DNA of 64,000 nt, from positions 22,198,001 to 22,262,000 of the forward strand of contig NC_058368.1 in the NCBI RefSeq assembly GCF_018350175.1. The letters run 5' to 3'. Of the stretch, positions 33,863 to 45,850 are shown one piece after another (position 1 is the stretch's first letter; each line of letters opens with the position of its first letter). A program made the position numbers and the translations under genes. The notes below the pieces were generated by a model that saw only the letters and a program-made list of their open reading frames with translations, ran no database searches and was not told the DNA's origin. The stretch is from Felis catus. Its lineage: Eukaryota.

Positions 33863-35854
33863 GCAAACAGTGGTCTGCAGGAGAGATGGGCCTCAGACAT
33901 TCCATCCCAGGGTCCACACGACAAAAGAAGCGGGATCCTCCTCGCTGCCATGCCTGGGAACACACTTGGGTCACAGGAAAGTGTGATGTAAATCCCTCAT
34001 CTCTCTAATCTGACCAAAAAAGCTCAAAGGAGAGGCCTTTGCTTCCGTATCTGTAACATTTTACACTTAAAATATCAGTAAGGTTCTTAACCATGATCTT
34101 CCATAGGGAAGAGGCCTGGTCTGACTGCCCCAAAGAGACACTCACATGCGTGGAAAGACTGTGTGGCAGGAGCTCCGGCACGTCCCTACTTAGTGCTCCC
34201 AAGCAGAGGCAGTGGCATAAGGCTGGCACCTCCACTGTGAGAGCCCTGCTGTCTCAACAGTGTGGCTCAGGCCACCAGATTTCATAAGAGTTCCTGAGGA
34301 GGGGGGATGGGGAGTTGGCTCTGTGGTAAGTCCAGGAAATGCTGGGTGAAACAACAATCTGGGGCTTCTGGTGTGATATGTGCTGTGGTGACTCTCAAGG
34401 AGGGGGCAGCTATGTGGTGCTTTCCCACCATATTTGACCACAGGGTCCTTTTTGCAAATCATCACCAAAAACTGCAGAATACAGTTTAGGGCCTGCTGCC
34501 CCCAGTGGCCACTATGTGCTTCTGCCGCTAGCTCAGAGAAACAGTGTAGAAGAGACACTTCTCTGCTGTACCAATTGAGGGCAGGGCCAGGGTGTTAGCA
34601 TCCTTTATGGGGACTTGAAGGCACCCCTGTGTTTAGTTAATTACATGGAAATGTGACAGAACTTTGTCAGCACGTTGAGCAGAGTCTCTCTGGTTTTCCC
34701 GTTTACCGTTTGTAGTTTACAACTCAGCACTCTGTGCCCTGCCCACCTCCAGGGGGCGCCATTCATATAGACTGTGGTGTGAACGAGGCCCCCTGGAGCT
34801 GGGTGAGGCCGCAACCGCAGCCCTCTAAAGACAGTTCTGTGTTTTAAACTAAAACACAAAACAGTTACAGAGCTGTTGGTCAGAATGCCCAAGACATTCT
34901 CCTTCACCCTTGACGGCATCCGTGGACCCTTGTGTTTTTTCACTAAGAGCAGTTTCTCAGGGTGGGAGTGGGTAAGAATCTTAAAGATAGGAGTTCGGAC
35001 TCAGACCCACCAGTTCCTGTCTGGGAAATGTAAGATTCAGTTCCATCACCAGTAAAACAGGAATGATGACAACTCTTATCCCACCAAGCCGAGGCAAATC
35101 AGATCTTCATAAATGTCATTAGTAGTCACTCTGTCAAGAAGCCAAGTCCTGCTGCAGCTCCCTGCTCTCAGGCTTCCGTGCCCAGGTTTGTTACCTCACG
35201 GCAATGGCGCCCGGCAAGCCCCATGGGCAGTGTTGGGGACAAGTGGGTTGCAACACAGTGCATATGAACAGCAGTTCTGAAAGACAGTGTTGTTCCTAAA
35301 CTCTATGATTTGTTCTGAGCCAGGAGTGAGGCGGCTGCACATTGGCTTTTACCCAGAATTCCTTTCACTTACTTCTAAACAATTTTGCTACCTTATATAG
35401 ACATTAAGTAATTTCTTGAATAAAAACTCTTATTATCCTGGGTTCCTTGTATAGGCACCATTACGTGTATATCCAAAACATAAAAACAAAATACACCCCT
35501 GATCTCAGAGGTGACAATTTTCATGGCAGCATCTCTCTTATTACCCAGAAAATGAGCAATCCTATTTCCAAAGTCTAGGAGAATGAAGACTTAGAAAACC
35601 TCCCAGAGCACATTTTGTGATGTGGGATTTCGTGCGTCTGTAATGAACATCCTTGAGGGGGGAAAATGGAAGGCGGTTCAATTGCATACGGTTCAATTGC
35701 ATACCTTGGTTTTAAAAACGAACATCATGCTGACATGTTGCTGACATGATGTTGACATGTTGACCAACTTGCAGAATGTTGACGACTCTTCCCAACTCTT
35801 CCTGAGGGCATCAGTACCGCCCCCCACCCCCCGCCCCCTTCAGTCCTGATTTCC

Positions 35855-36243
35855 CTACAGACCTGTCTTCCCTGAAGTCTCAGCATTGTGGGACAAGGCG
35901 ACTTGCTTGGCGGTACTGGTTGACGACGTCTGTACATTGGCGCTGGTCTCTGTGTAGCCAGCAGCGTCTCCTCCCATGTCCCCCTCCGTGTCCCTGCTTC
36001 GGCAGAAACTTCTCTGTCTGGACTGTGTAGCCAGCAGCAGTTTCCAGGCCGCTGCTCTGTACTTCTTTGAAATGAGGTTGTAGAGGATCGGGTTGATGGA
36101 TGCACTCAGATAGAAAAGTTGCAAAGCAACAATGTTAAAGTACTGAGAGAAGTTCATCATCCGGGAATCTTCCGTATTTATGTAAATGATCCTGCCAACG
36201 TGGAAAGGCAACCAGCACACTATAAATGCCAGAACCACCACCA
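35855..36243 (-). CDS. MLNR: Motilin receptor exon 2, 389 nt: TM6, TM7 and C-tail; total CDS 1290 nt / 429 aa
   Basis: gcag|TGGTGGTG...; VVVLAFIVCWLPFHVGR...SINPILYNLISKKYR (CWxP and NPxxY motifs); TAG at 35855-35857. Confidence 0.97.
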
Positions 36244-36699
36244 CTGCAAAACAAGACACAGGCACCAGAATTAGCTAAAGCATCCGAAAACAAACGAGGG
36301 TCCCCAAGATTCCATCTCAAGTAACAGCAAAACAAATTAGATACAACTTGTACCTAGCCAAATCCCTACCCCGGAAAAACTACCAGGCTGCAGACAGCAT
36401 CGATATTTGCTTTAAAACTGCATATATGTGTTATCAAGGCTGGACATAAACCAGAAGGAGAAATTTCTACTAACAAGCTGTTCTGGCAGGCTTCCTTCCA
36501 CAAACCTACTTCAGAGACATGTTCTCTGTACTCCTTTGGAAAGAATTCTGCAACAGGTCTGCACAATCTTTGGTTTTTTGATATGGGTATGGTTCACTTT
36601 AGCCTTCAGGATAACTGAACGTTAAGTTAAAAAAAAAATTAGCTTAATGTGATCTGCCTCGTCTTCTCAAGGGTACTGTGAATAATTCACATCTGCGGC

Positions 36700-38350
36700 A
36701 TCTAACAGAGGCCGGCGGTTGGTTTACCCATCCTGATCAGCGCAGCTCACTGATCCAGCGGCTTTGGAAAATCATTTCGGTTTAGCTGACCCAGGCATCC
36801 CACCCTCGGGGGCATCCCGGGGTTACCCAGAGCTCTTGGAGGACTGGAGACGGTTTTCTCCGGAGACGGGAATGACACAAGGAATTGTAACTACAAGAGG
36901 AGCTGGGAGACCAGGGGAAGGGGACGCAGCCCGGACCGTGGGTTGGTGTGTTTGGAACAGATGTGGCGCCACTTACGCAGGACGCGGACCGTCTGCCGGT
37001 GGCCCTTCTCGCGCCCGGAAGCGGCCGGGCCTCGTAGCGGCCCCCGGCTCCTCCACAGCTCCCGGCCGATGAGCCCGTAGAGGACGCTGAGGCACAGAAA
37101 GGGCAGGAAGAAGTAAGCGGTGGTGACCCAAAGCATGACGCGAAGCGCGCCTAGCTGAGCCGGGCTGGGCCGGCACTCGCGGCTGAACAGAGCCGCGGCC
37201 GCCGCGGCCTCGAGCCCCGACGGGGGGGACAGCGGTGGCGCTCGCGAGGACCCGGGGTGCGACGGTGGCGGCGAGGTGCGGGGCGAGGGCGTGAGTGTGA
37301 GCGGGGCGCTGCCGTTTAGGTCCGGGACCGCGTCGAGGCCGGGGTCCTGCTCGACGCCCACCAGGAAGAAGAAGGGCCCGGCGGAGAGCAGCGCCACCGC
37401 CCAGAGCGCGGCGATGAGGGCGCGGACGCGGCGCCGGGTGACGAGGATGCGGGCACGGAGCGGGCGGCAGATGGCGAGGTAGCGCTCGACGCTGAGCGCC
37501 GTCATGTGCAGCAGCGTGGCGTAGGTGCAGCCCTCGCCCAGGTAGAGCGAGAGGCGGCAGAGCAGCTGCCCGAACACCCAGGGCCGCGAGCGCCAGAGGC
37601 GGTACAGGTCGAAGGGGAGCCCGAGCAGGATGAGCAGGTCGGATACGGCCATGCTGCCCAGGTACAGGTTGGTGGTGGTCCGCATGTCCCGGTAGCGCCC
37701 GATCAGCAGCACCGTCACCACGTTGCCGCTCACCCCGACGGCGAACAGGCCCAGGCACACGGCGGTCACAGGCACCAGCGCCTCCAGGGGGAAGGGCGAG
37801 CAGAGGCGCTCGTCGCACGGCAGCAGCGCGCCGTCCGCGCCGTCCGCGCCGGCGCTGCTGTTCCAGGAGCTGCCCATGGACGCGCCGCGCCCGCAGGGCG
37901 CACGGACGCGCTGGGCGCCCTTCTGCGCCGCCGCACCTCCGGCTGCCCCGGGGGTTCGCCGCAGGGCCCCGCTAGCGAGGCGCTTCCTCGGGCAGCCCGC
38001 ACGCAGCGGCTCACCCGCCCCTGCCCGCGCTGCCCGAGCCCTGCGGCCTCGCGTGCGGGGCCGCGACTTTGCAGGGTCCGCTTTGAGGCCCTCCCTAGCG
38101 GGCGGCGCGCAGTCTCCGCCCCCGGCGACCGCCCGCCCCACTCCCGTCCCCCGCCCGCGCCCTCTCAGCCCGACGCGTGCCAGCGAGCTTCCCTCCCCAC
38201 CGACTGGAACACGGGAGGCGGCCACGGCGCACCAGTCCTGTCCCATCCGGGGAAGCGGTTGCGGAACCCCGGTGAGGTGGGTTACTGACCCCAGCGGAAC
38301 GCGGGCGCTTTGGTCACTGGAGTACAGAGGGGGACCTTCTTAGGGCCCTC
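36700..38350. promoter_or_regulatory. MLNR CpG island spanning the promoter and exon 1
   Basis: Very high GC and CpG density; GC boxes (CCGCCC) upstream of the ATG. Confidence 0.85.
36977..37877 (-). CDS. MLNR: Motilin receptor (GPR38) exon 1, 901 nt: N-terminus to ICL3
   Basis: ATG at 37877: MGSSWNSS...PCDERLCSPFP...GNVVTV...NLYLGSMAVSDLLILLGLPFDL...ERYLAIC...long Pro-rich ECL2...RQTVRVL; donor C|GTAAGT. Confidence 0.97.
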
Positions 38351-41300
38351 GGCTGGTGGCTGTGTTCAGGCGGTTAGGAAAGGCTGCCTCAATACTAAGT
38401 AACAGGAGAGGAGTTTAGAACAGAATCTAGAGTCCCTCCTGGGTTCTAGTTGTGCGTCTACAACCGAATGATCTTGGGCCAGTCCCAGCCTCGCTCAGCC
38501 CAGGTCTCCTATTCTGTAAGTGTTCGTGTAGGGATGGAGGGAGTTGACCAGATCACTTCACCCATCCCTTAAAACCCTGAAATCGGTGGGCGTGACCATG
38601 TCTACTGGTTTCAAAGAACAAGGGTTAAGTATTACATGTATATTTGAATGCTTAAATGCGTTGTGTTGTTCCTATGTACAAAATATTTTATAAACCAAAA
38701 AGCAGAGTATTTGCCAACACTAGGAAGAATTAAAATTCTGGGGAAGAGACTACAGCTGATGCACAAGTCGGTGCGTGGTGGTATTAATGACAATAGTGAT
38801 GCGCATTGAGTGTTTAGGATGTGTTTGGCCCCTTGCTTTCTATTTAACCCTCATGTCTGTGGGAGCTCATTTTATCCCTGAGCAAAGTGGGACTCACTGA
38901 GATCACACAGGTAGCAAGAGGCAGGATGGGGATTTGGACTATGGTCAGCCTGATTCCAGAGCCTGCGGGCCTGATGTGCCACCAAATCAGCTCTACCCCT
39001 GTCCAGCTCCACCCCCTAGGGTCTTTGGAACCCTTTAGTCCCCAAAGCATCATAGATTGCTCTGGACCTTTTCTGCTGAGTTCTGCATCTCTGTGTGGAT
39101 GGATACATGGCTAGCAGTTTTCCCACCCATCCTTCTGTGGTTTAAAATTTTCAATTTCTTCTCCCAAGGTTTACTTCTCCTTTCTGGAACTTGGAACTTC
39201 ACTTCAACTGGAACTTGGCTTTGCCCTAGGGACACGTTTCCCCTGCTGGCTTAGAGGAGGGGAACCTGTCACCTTGTGCATCACTGCTGTTCCCAGCCGC
39301 CCTGACACCTGTCTCTATATCTAACTTTCTCTGACTCTGCCTTTTCCAGCCCCCTCCCCCATCGCTCACCCTCTTTCTTGAAGATTTTGGTGCCTGACCC
39401 TCACTCTCAAGCACTCCTCCTGATAAAAATCACACCACACACAGGAGTCTTGCCATGCGTCTGTCACTCCCTACTATGGATGAGCTGGTCTTCTAGTGCA
39501 TTCCAGGCAGTGGCTCCTGTGGACATCCCTCACACCCGAGCATCACCAGGACCTCCTCCATCTCAGTGTCAGTCATCTGCTTTCTGAACTCCACCCCTGG
39601 CTTTCTAGCTTTCTCCCTTTCTCCGATACCTCAACTCTTGCAATCCTCCAGCCACACCAGGACCTCCAGTAGGTTGCCCCTCCTACCCTTTCCTTGTCCC
39701 CCACTTGCCTCAAGTCCTCACTTCCCTCCTTGACCCAATTTAGACTCCACGAGCAATCCTAATCACTCCCAGGCTTACACCCTCAACTCCTGTGCTCTCT
39801 TCCCTGTTGTCGTGCACGTCTCCGTGACAAGAACACAACCACAGTCCTGGTTAAATCGAATCCTCTGCCTACTCCATGCCCACCCCCAAAGAGCCGTTGA
39901 GTTGTTTCACTTGAAATTCACCGCCCCTGACGGGGCTCTTCATGTTTCCTTGGCCATCCTCATTTCTCTTGACACAGCAGGGACATGGCGGGGCACATGA
40001 AAGCGTGACTTTGTGGGCTGCACACATTCCTATCATGCTGTGACTGTTGCTGTAGCCATTTTCTCTTGGTCCTTGTTTCTCAAGAGAGACAGGCTCACCA
40101 TGGTGATGATAATCAAGGGCGGTGGTGGAGAAGGAGCAAGTCCCTGTGAAGGGTGACTAGGAAGAAGGTATAGGACTTGGGGAAAACCCTCCTGGAGATT
40201 CCAGTACCCCTTTCTCAGCCCCAGTCGACAGTCCCTGGTCAAGAGTGACCATTCTGGCTCCCATGATGCAGCAGCTCCCTCTAGGCCCAGTTGGACTCCC
40301 CTTGCCATTCTGCCATGCTGTGGTTGGTGGCATCTTCTGCATCCATCAGCCACAGGAGCACACCTAGCTGTCTCAATGATGCCACATCCGGACTTAGAGA
40401 GCTAAGCAGCCCCTACGTGAAGTGTCGTACTACCCTCAAAGCTAAGGAGGTGGTGACACATAAGCCACGTGTCTCTGTCTCTGGCCCACATAATAGCAAA
40501 AACCTCAACATGTTAAGGGGAAACTATAAACATTGTTTATGATGCAACTGCTTTGAATTGCAACATCTGGGAAAACCTACAAGGACTACCTCTGAGTACT
40601 CTTCTCCTGCCTTCCCTTCTTCCAGTTTTTTCAAAACACCAGCTGCCCTTCACGGTTCAGTTGGGCCCAGTCAGAATGCCCCACAGTGGCCATGTCCTAC
40701 AATAAGGAATACTCACCTAAAGTAACAAGGAAACATTTCTGGGCACCCTCATCCCTATATTCATCTTCTAGGGGGACGGAGTTGTTATCGCTGGCTGTTT
40801 TTACCTCTTGGGGGGCTGAAGAGGCATAACTTTCTGTCTTAGGAATTAGGAATATGAATGTTCTTACTCTGTTTCCAGGGAATGGAATAGAGATAGAAGG
40901 AAGTCTATCTTTGGGGAAGATATTCTGTGCAGGGGGCAGTGTGAGGGCTTTCCTCAGGGAACCTTGCTGAGAGATGGAGGGTGTGCAAACTAGGGTCAGA
41001 GCTCACCACTCGGGGGGTAGAGACCACCACCTAGAGGGTGAACCGGGGCAAGTTACTTAATATCTCTGAGCCTCCGACTCCTCATCTGTAAATAGGGGTG
41101 CCAGTACTGGGACCACTTCATTGAGTTGTTCCAGCAAGAAAATATAAAGCCTTAGCCCAGTGTCTGGCATGTCGCAATCTCTCTATAACCATTAGTTATT
41201 ATTAATCACAGTAATAACGAAAGAGGATTCCCTTGGATCCAGATGAGCCCCTATCTTCTTCTTTCTTTGGTCAAATCGCATGCTTTCTGAAGCCACACCT

Positions 41301-43309
41301 GTGCCCCTGCTCTTAGTTCTCCTTCCATCGCTTTCTGTTGAAAGCCTAATCCATTTGCCTTTCCAGGGCAAAATGTTGCTATTTCTAGGTCAGGTTTCCC
41401 AAGCCCTTCAGTGGGATGTGTGTGTTGTCTCTGATGGCCTCAGAACTCTTGTTAGCTCCCTGAGACCCCGACATATGGGGTTGAGGCATAGTGAGCAAGC
41501 AGACTGTTGCCTCACGGGAGACCTGTCCCGCTGCTACAGCCTCTTGTGCCAGCGCAGGTGGCTGGGGGTGGGCCCACTATAAAGGGGCAGGTGGGGTGCA
41601 TGGTCAGTGCAGGACACGTTATGCTGCCTGAATTAACAGCCTCCAAAGACCAGTGCCCTGACATCTCACACATTTGTTTCTTGCTCTCCAAGAGCCTGTC
41701 TCGAGTGTGGGGGACAGTCTAGAGGTGTTACCTCTATTTGGTGGCTCACTGTTCTAGGCTGCTTCAGTCATATGGCCTCTCCATATGATGCTCCCATCGT
41801 CTCTAAGGCAGGGGAAGAGAGAAAATGAAATGCTTCTGCCTGAAAGTGACTGTGCCAGCTGTAAGCTGCAGTGTCCGGGCTCCAAATCCACCCTCCTGGG
41901 GTCCCGTGAACTATTCATCTCCTTGGCCCACCTGCTCCCTGTTAGGCTTGTCAGCAGAGGGGCCGGAGGGCAGGGGAAGAAGACACTTGCTCCTTCCTGT
42001 TCCAGTTTCTTTCAGTGTCATCGCACAATGGCTCTGTGTCCTGCCAGCAGCACTGGCTTCAGTCTCCAGCTCCTTTGGACACAAGCAGAAGCCCCGCCAG
42101 CAGCAGTCAGGCAGCCGCTCCTCTTCAGAGGTCTGGCTCCCACTTCCTGGGGGCTCCTCCTCTAACCTCGTAGGTTCTGATACCCTCAACATCTTCCCTT
42201 TGCCTCCAGCCTAAAGAGTGGCAGCTTTTCCCAGCAGCTATTACCTCTGTGTCACCTGTTTGCTTTTACAGTCCTCTAACACTTGTTACACGGATGCCCA
42301 ATGTTAAATGATCCTTATTAAATACCTAGTGCAGCATCTGTTCTCCTGACTGAACCCTGATGAATACAGAGGTGAATGTCTTTTCTGCTTCTGTTTCATT
42401 GGCCAAAAGTCACCTGGCCTCTTCCAACCTCAGCGGTATGGGGGTGGGGGTGGGGGCGTGCCCTGAAGGAGGAGAACCAATATTTGGCCAAGGATTTTGT
42501 TTTGGCATTCAAACTATGTGGTCCAGTAACTATTACCATATAACAAAATTTCTGACCACTCAGTGGCTTTAGACAACCATTTTATCGTGCTAATTCTGTG
42601 GGTCAGGAATTCAGGGATGGCTTGTCTTTGTTCCACGATGTCTGAGACCTCAGCTGCAAAGATCCAAAAGCTGGGAGTGGCTTGACAGCTAGGGGCTGGC
42701 ATCTCCTGAAGTCTCATTCAGTCACCTGTCTGGTGCCTGGACGCAGAAGACTTGAAGAGTGGGACCCCTGACTGGAGTGCTTGCATTATTCTGCACTTTG
42801 CTTTTTAATTGTATTTTTCTCTCCTTTAAGAGTGTCAGGGAGAGAATGATCCATGAGTAGATAAAGGGATACTCTTGAGGGTATGTACATTATCTTAAAA
42901 AGTGTACATGAAAACAGAATATTTGAAAAGCTCTTAAAAACATGAGGCATTCTCATCACCTATACTGATGGTAGATGGTTAGGTTACAGAATGACTGGTT
43001 TTAGGTTTTGGAGAATCATTTCTTCTGTAATCTGTCTGATTAAGCCATCACACACAGATCTTCCTACAGAGAATGTTAATGGTGAGGACCATCATGTGAC
43101 CCATGGAGTTCGAACATGATGTATAAAATTCCTTTTCCAAACCACAGGAAAAAAAAAAAAAGACATGCAACACTGTTAATCAGTATCAGTCTTCTCAAGG
43201 CTGGATTCATACTTAGTTGCCTTTGTGAAGTGATGTCCCTATATTCAAAATCACTCTTCCCCAGCCTAACATTTTAAACTTGTGGTACCTGCAAAGATGA
43301 GAAAAAAAA

Positions 43310-43938
43310 GGGAGGCAAACCAAGACAGACTCTCAACTAGAGAACAAACTGATGGTTACCAGAGTTAGACAGATGATACAGATTAAGGAGTGCACATGTG
43401 AGCACCAAGTGATGTATGGAAGTGTTGAATCCCTGTGTTGTCTACCTGAAACTATTACACTGCATGTTAACTAATTGAAATTAATTTAAAAAAAAAATTT
43501 TTTTTTCAACGTTTATTTTTGGGACAGAGAGAGACAGAGCATGAACGGGGGAGGGGCAGAGAGAGAGGGAGACACAGAATCGGAAACAGGCTCCAGGCTC
43601 TGAGCCATCAGCACAGAGCCCGACCCGGGGCTCGAACTCACGGACCACGAGATCGTGACCTGGCTGAAGTCGGACGCTTAACCGACTGCGCCACCCAGGC
43701 GCCCCTTGAAATTAATTTTTAAAAAAATATTGGAGACAGAGTGCGAGTGGGGGAGGGGCAAAGAGAGAGGGGAGACACAGAATCCAAAGCAGGCTCCAGG
43801 CTCTGAGCTGTCAGCACAGAGCCCGATGTGGGGCTCGAACCCATGAACCATGAGATCATGACCTGAGCCAAAGTCAGATCTCAATCGACTGAGCCACCCA
43901 GGCAACCCTGAAATTTAAATAAAAGCTTAAAAAAAAAG
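43310..43938 (+). mobile_element. Carnivore L1 3' end carrying two antisense CanSINEs (43498-43705 young; 43716-43908 older)
   Basis: agagaacaaactgatggttaccagag...acctgaaacta...tgttaacta, resuming as aaatttaaataaaa; TSD ttgaaattaattt around the young SINE. Confidence 0.85.
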
Positions 43939-44541
43939 GTTCATCCCCATTTGAGATTTGTGGATGGAAATTTTAACAGGGGAGAAGTAAGAGGGTACAC
44001 AGAATTTTCAGGCACGTGCAAGAATTCTCAGGCATGAGTTGAGCTTTCTGGCATGGTATTGTAGGTGGGCATGTTGAACTCCCTGGTGGAGGAAGACCTG
44101 GGGGCACATAACAGTGCCAGTATGAGGAAGGTGCTAGGCCCCTGGAGGTGGGAGAAAGAAGGTACTAGGAAATAGACAAAGAATGCAGGAAAGGCATGGA
44201 AAGGTCAGAGATTTCCTTTCCAATGAGAACTTTACCTCAGAGCCATCTTTACTTACATATGTAAAGGAAGCAAGATATCTAGAGATTTGCACAAAATCAA
44301 GTCACTAGGATAAAGCTTCTAATTGTATTCTTTAATCTACTGGATGTTACCTTCTTGAATATGGGGGTTTTCTCATGCTGAAGAGTTGAATACTGCTAAA
44401 AACAAAGCAAAACAAAACAAAAAACCTGTTGTAAGACCATTGCAAGAAGGGAGATCTTAACATTTCTTTCTCTGAAAGCAGCGGCAAGTAATGAGTGTTT
44501 ATGAATACAATAAACATATCTCAAAAAAGAATGATACAACT

Positions 44542-44547
44542 TTTATT
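44542..44547 (-). terminator. Probable FNDC3A polyadenylation signal AATAAA
   Basis: tttatt on + strand; U/GU-rich sequence follows on the minus strand. Confidence 0.7.
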
Positions 44548-45800
44548 TTCCATGGATTTTAAAGACACTTTTGCTACATAGTTATGTATTTTTATGAGAT
44601 TATATTTTTTCATTTGTATGAAGTTCAACCTTATACAATTTTAAGGTGATATGTTTGGTAGTGTATCTATAATCTTTAAAAAGTTTAGAGTTTTTGGAAT
44701 GTACAGTATATGAGGTAAAATCAAGATTACATTAAAAATTGTTTTCTCCTCTGCACTGATTTTGCAGCGAGGCTCAAATGGCAAGTACACTATTAAATGA
44801 CATTTACTATCAAAAATAGGAGTTCATTTGAGTTACTATGAAAAACATAAGCCACTGTAACTGCCACAGTGGCATATTTTACCATTTTAGACATTCAACT
44901 ATATAGAAATCTCTGGGCTATTACACTCAAACTCATTTGTACTGCCAAATGTGGCACTTTTAAGAAGTTTCTAGAAAATAATCGCAATCACTGTTGTTTT
45001 GGGGGAAAGTTAGCCTATACATGAGATTAAATTTAAATAAAATGTAAACATACAGTATATTATAGTGACAGATCATTCTTAACACTTGGAAAGGCCAAGT
45101 TTATCCATTTCTTTTTTGAACAAAGGTTAATGTTTTTTTCTACAGCACAGATCATTTGACATAAAACAATTACAATACATGCCCATTTCTAATATAAGAG
45201 AAATTCTTCAGAGATCTTCAAAGCACAAAACATAGGTCCTGTTTTCAAAGACTGACAGAAGTGCTTAGTAATCACTAAAATGCTACCCTCAGCAACTAAA
45301 AATTAGTGATTCACTATCCTAAAATTCAAATAATAAATTAAAAAGGCTAGTTACAAGTGTTTTACAGATAACAGATGTGATAAAACAAGAATTTTAGATA
45401 GTTTCATTACAAACTATTATTACTGGCAGTCATTGACATCTATGCAAGATGTACAACGTGATACTTGACAAAATTCAATCTGATCATCCAATAACTCACA
45501 AATGCAAGCTCACAAAACATTAATGAATTATGCAATTGCAAAGTGCTCTAATGCAACATTAACCACATGCAATCAACAATTTGGAACAGTATCCAGACAG
45601 ACATTACATTAAACATTAGTTTTTCAAGAAAGAAAGCAGCTTGAAGTTTACTGGTGCAAATTAATTTTGTCTTCAGATTTGGTGCCCCAAACAAAAAGGT
45701 TAGGTTTGATTATGAATTCTGATGGTGATGGCAGTAGTTATGGGAGAAGCAGCAAAACTTATGGGAGTTCTTCAAAATTAGCCTGTACCAGATACATGGA

Positions 45801-45804
<4 letters not shown>

Positions 45805-45848
<44 letters not shown>
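45805..45848. repeat. (GT)~22 microsatellite in the FNDC3A 3'UTR
   Basis: Direct reading. Confidence 0.97.

Positions 45849-45850
<2 letters not shown>

Noticed and set aside
35855..37877. MLNR as a pseudogene (as in mouse and rat)
   Set aside because: Frame, splice sites and class A GPCR motifs (ERY, CWxP, NPxxY) are all intact
36764..38343. Long overlapping and antisense ORFs (281, 260, 206, 102 aa) over MLNR
   Set aside because: Expected shadow frames in an extremely GC-rich coding CpG island; low-complexity Arg/Ala/Pro/Gly products with no domain
41280..42572. Cluster of 70-130 aa ORFs between MLNR and FNDC3A
   Set aside because: No recognisable protein motif or exon structure; the region resembles old LTR-derived sequence
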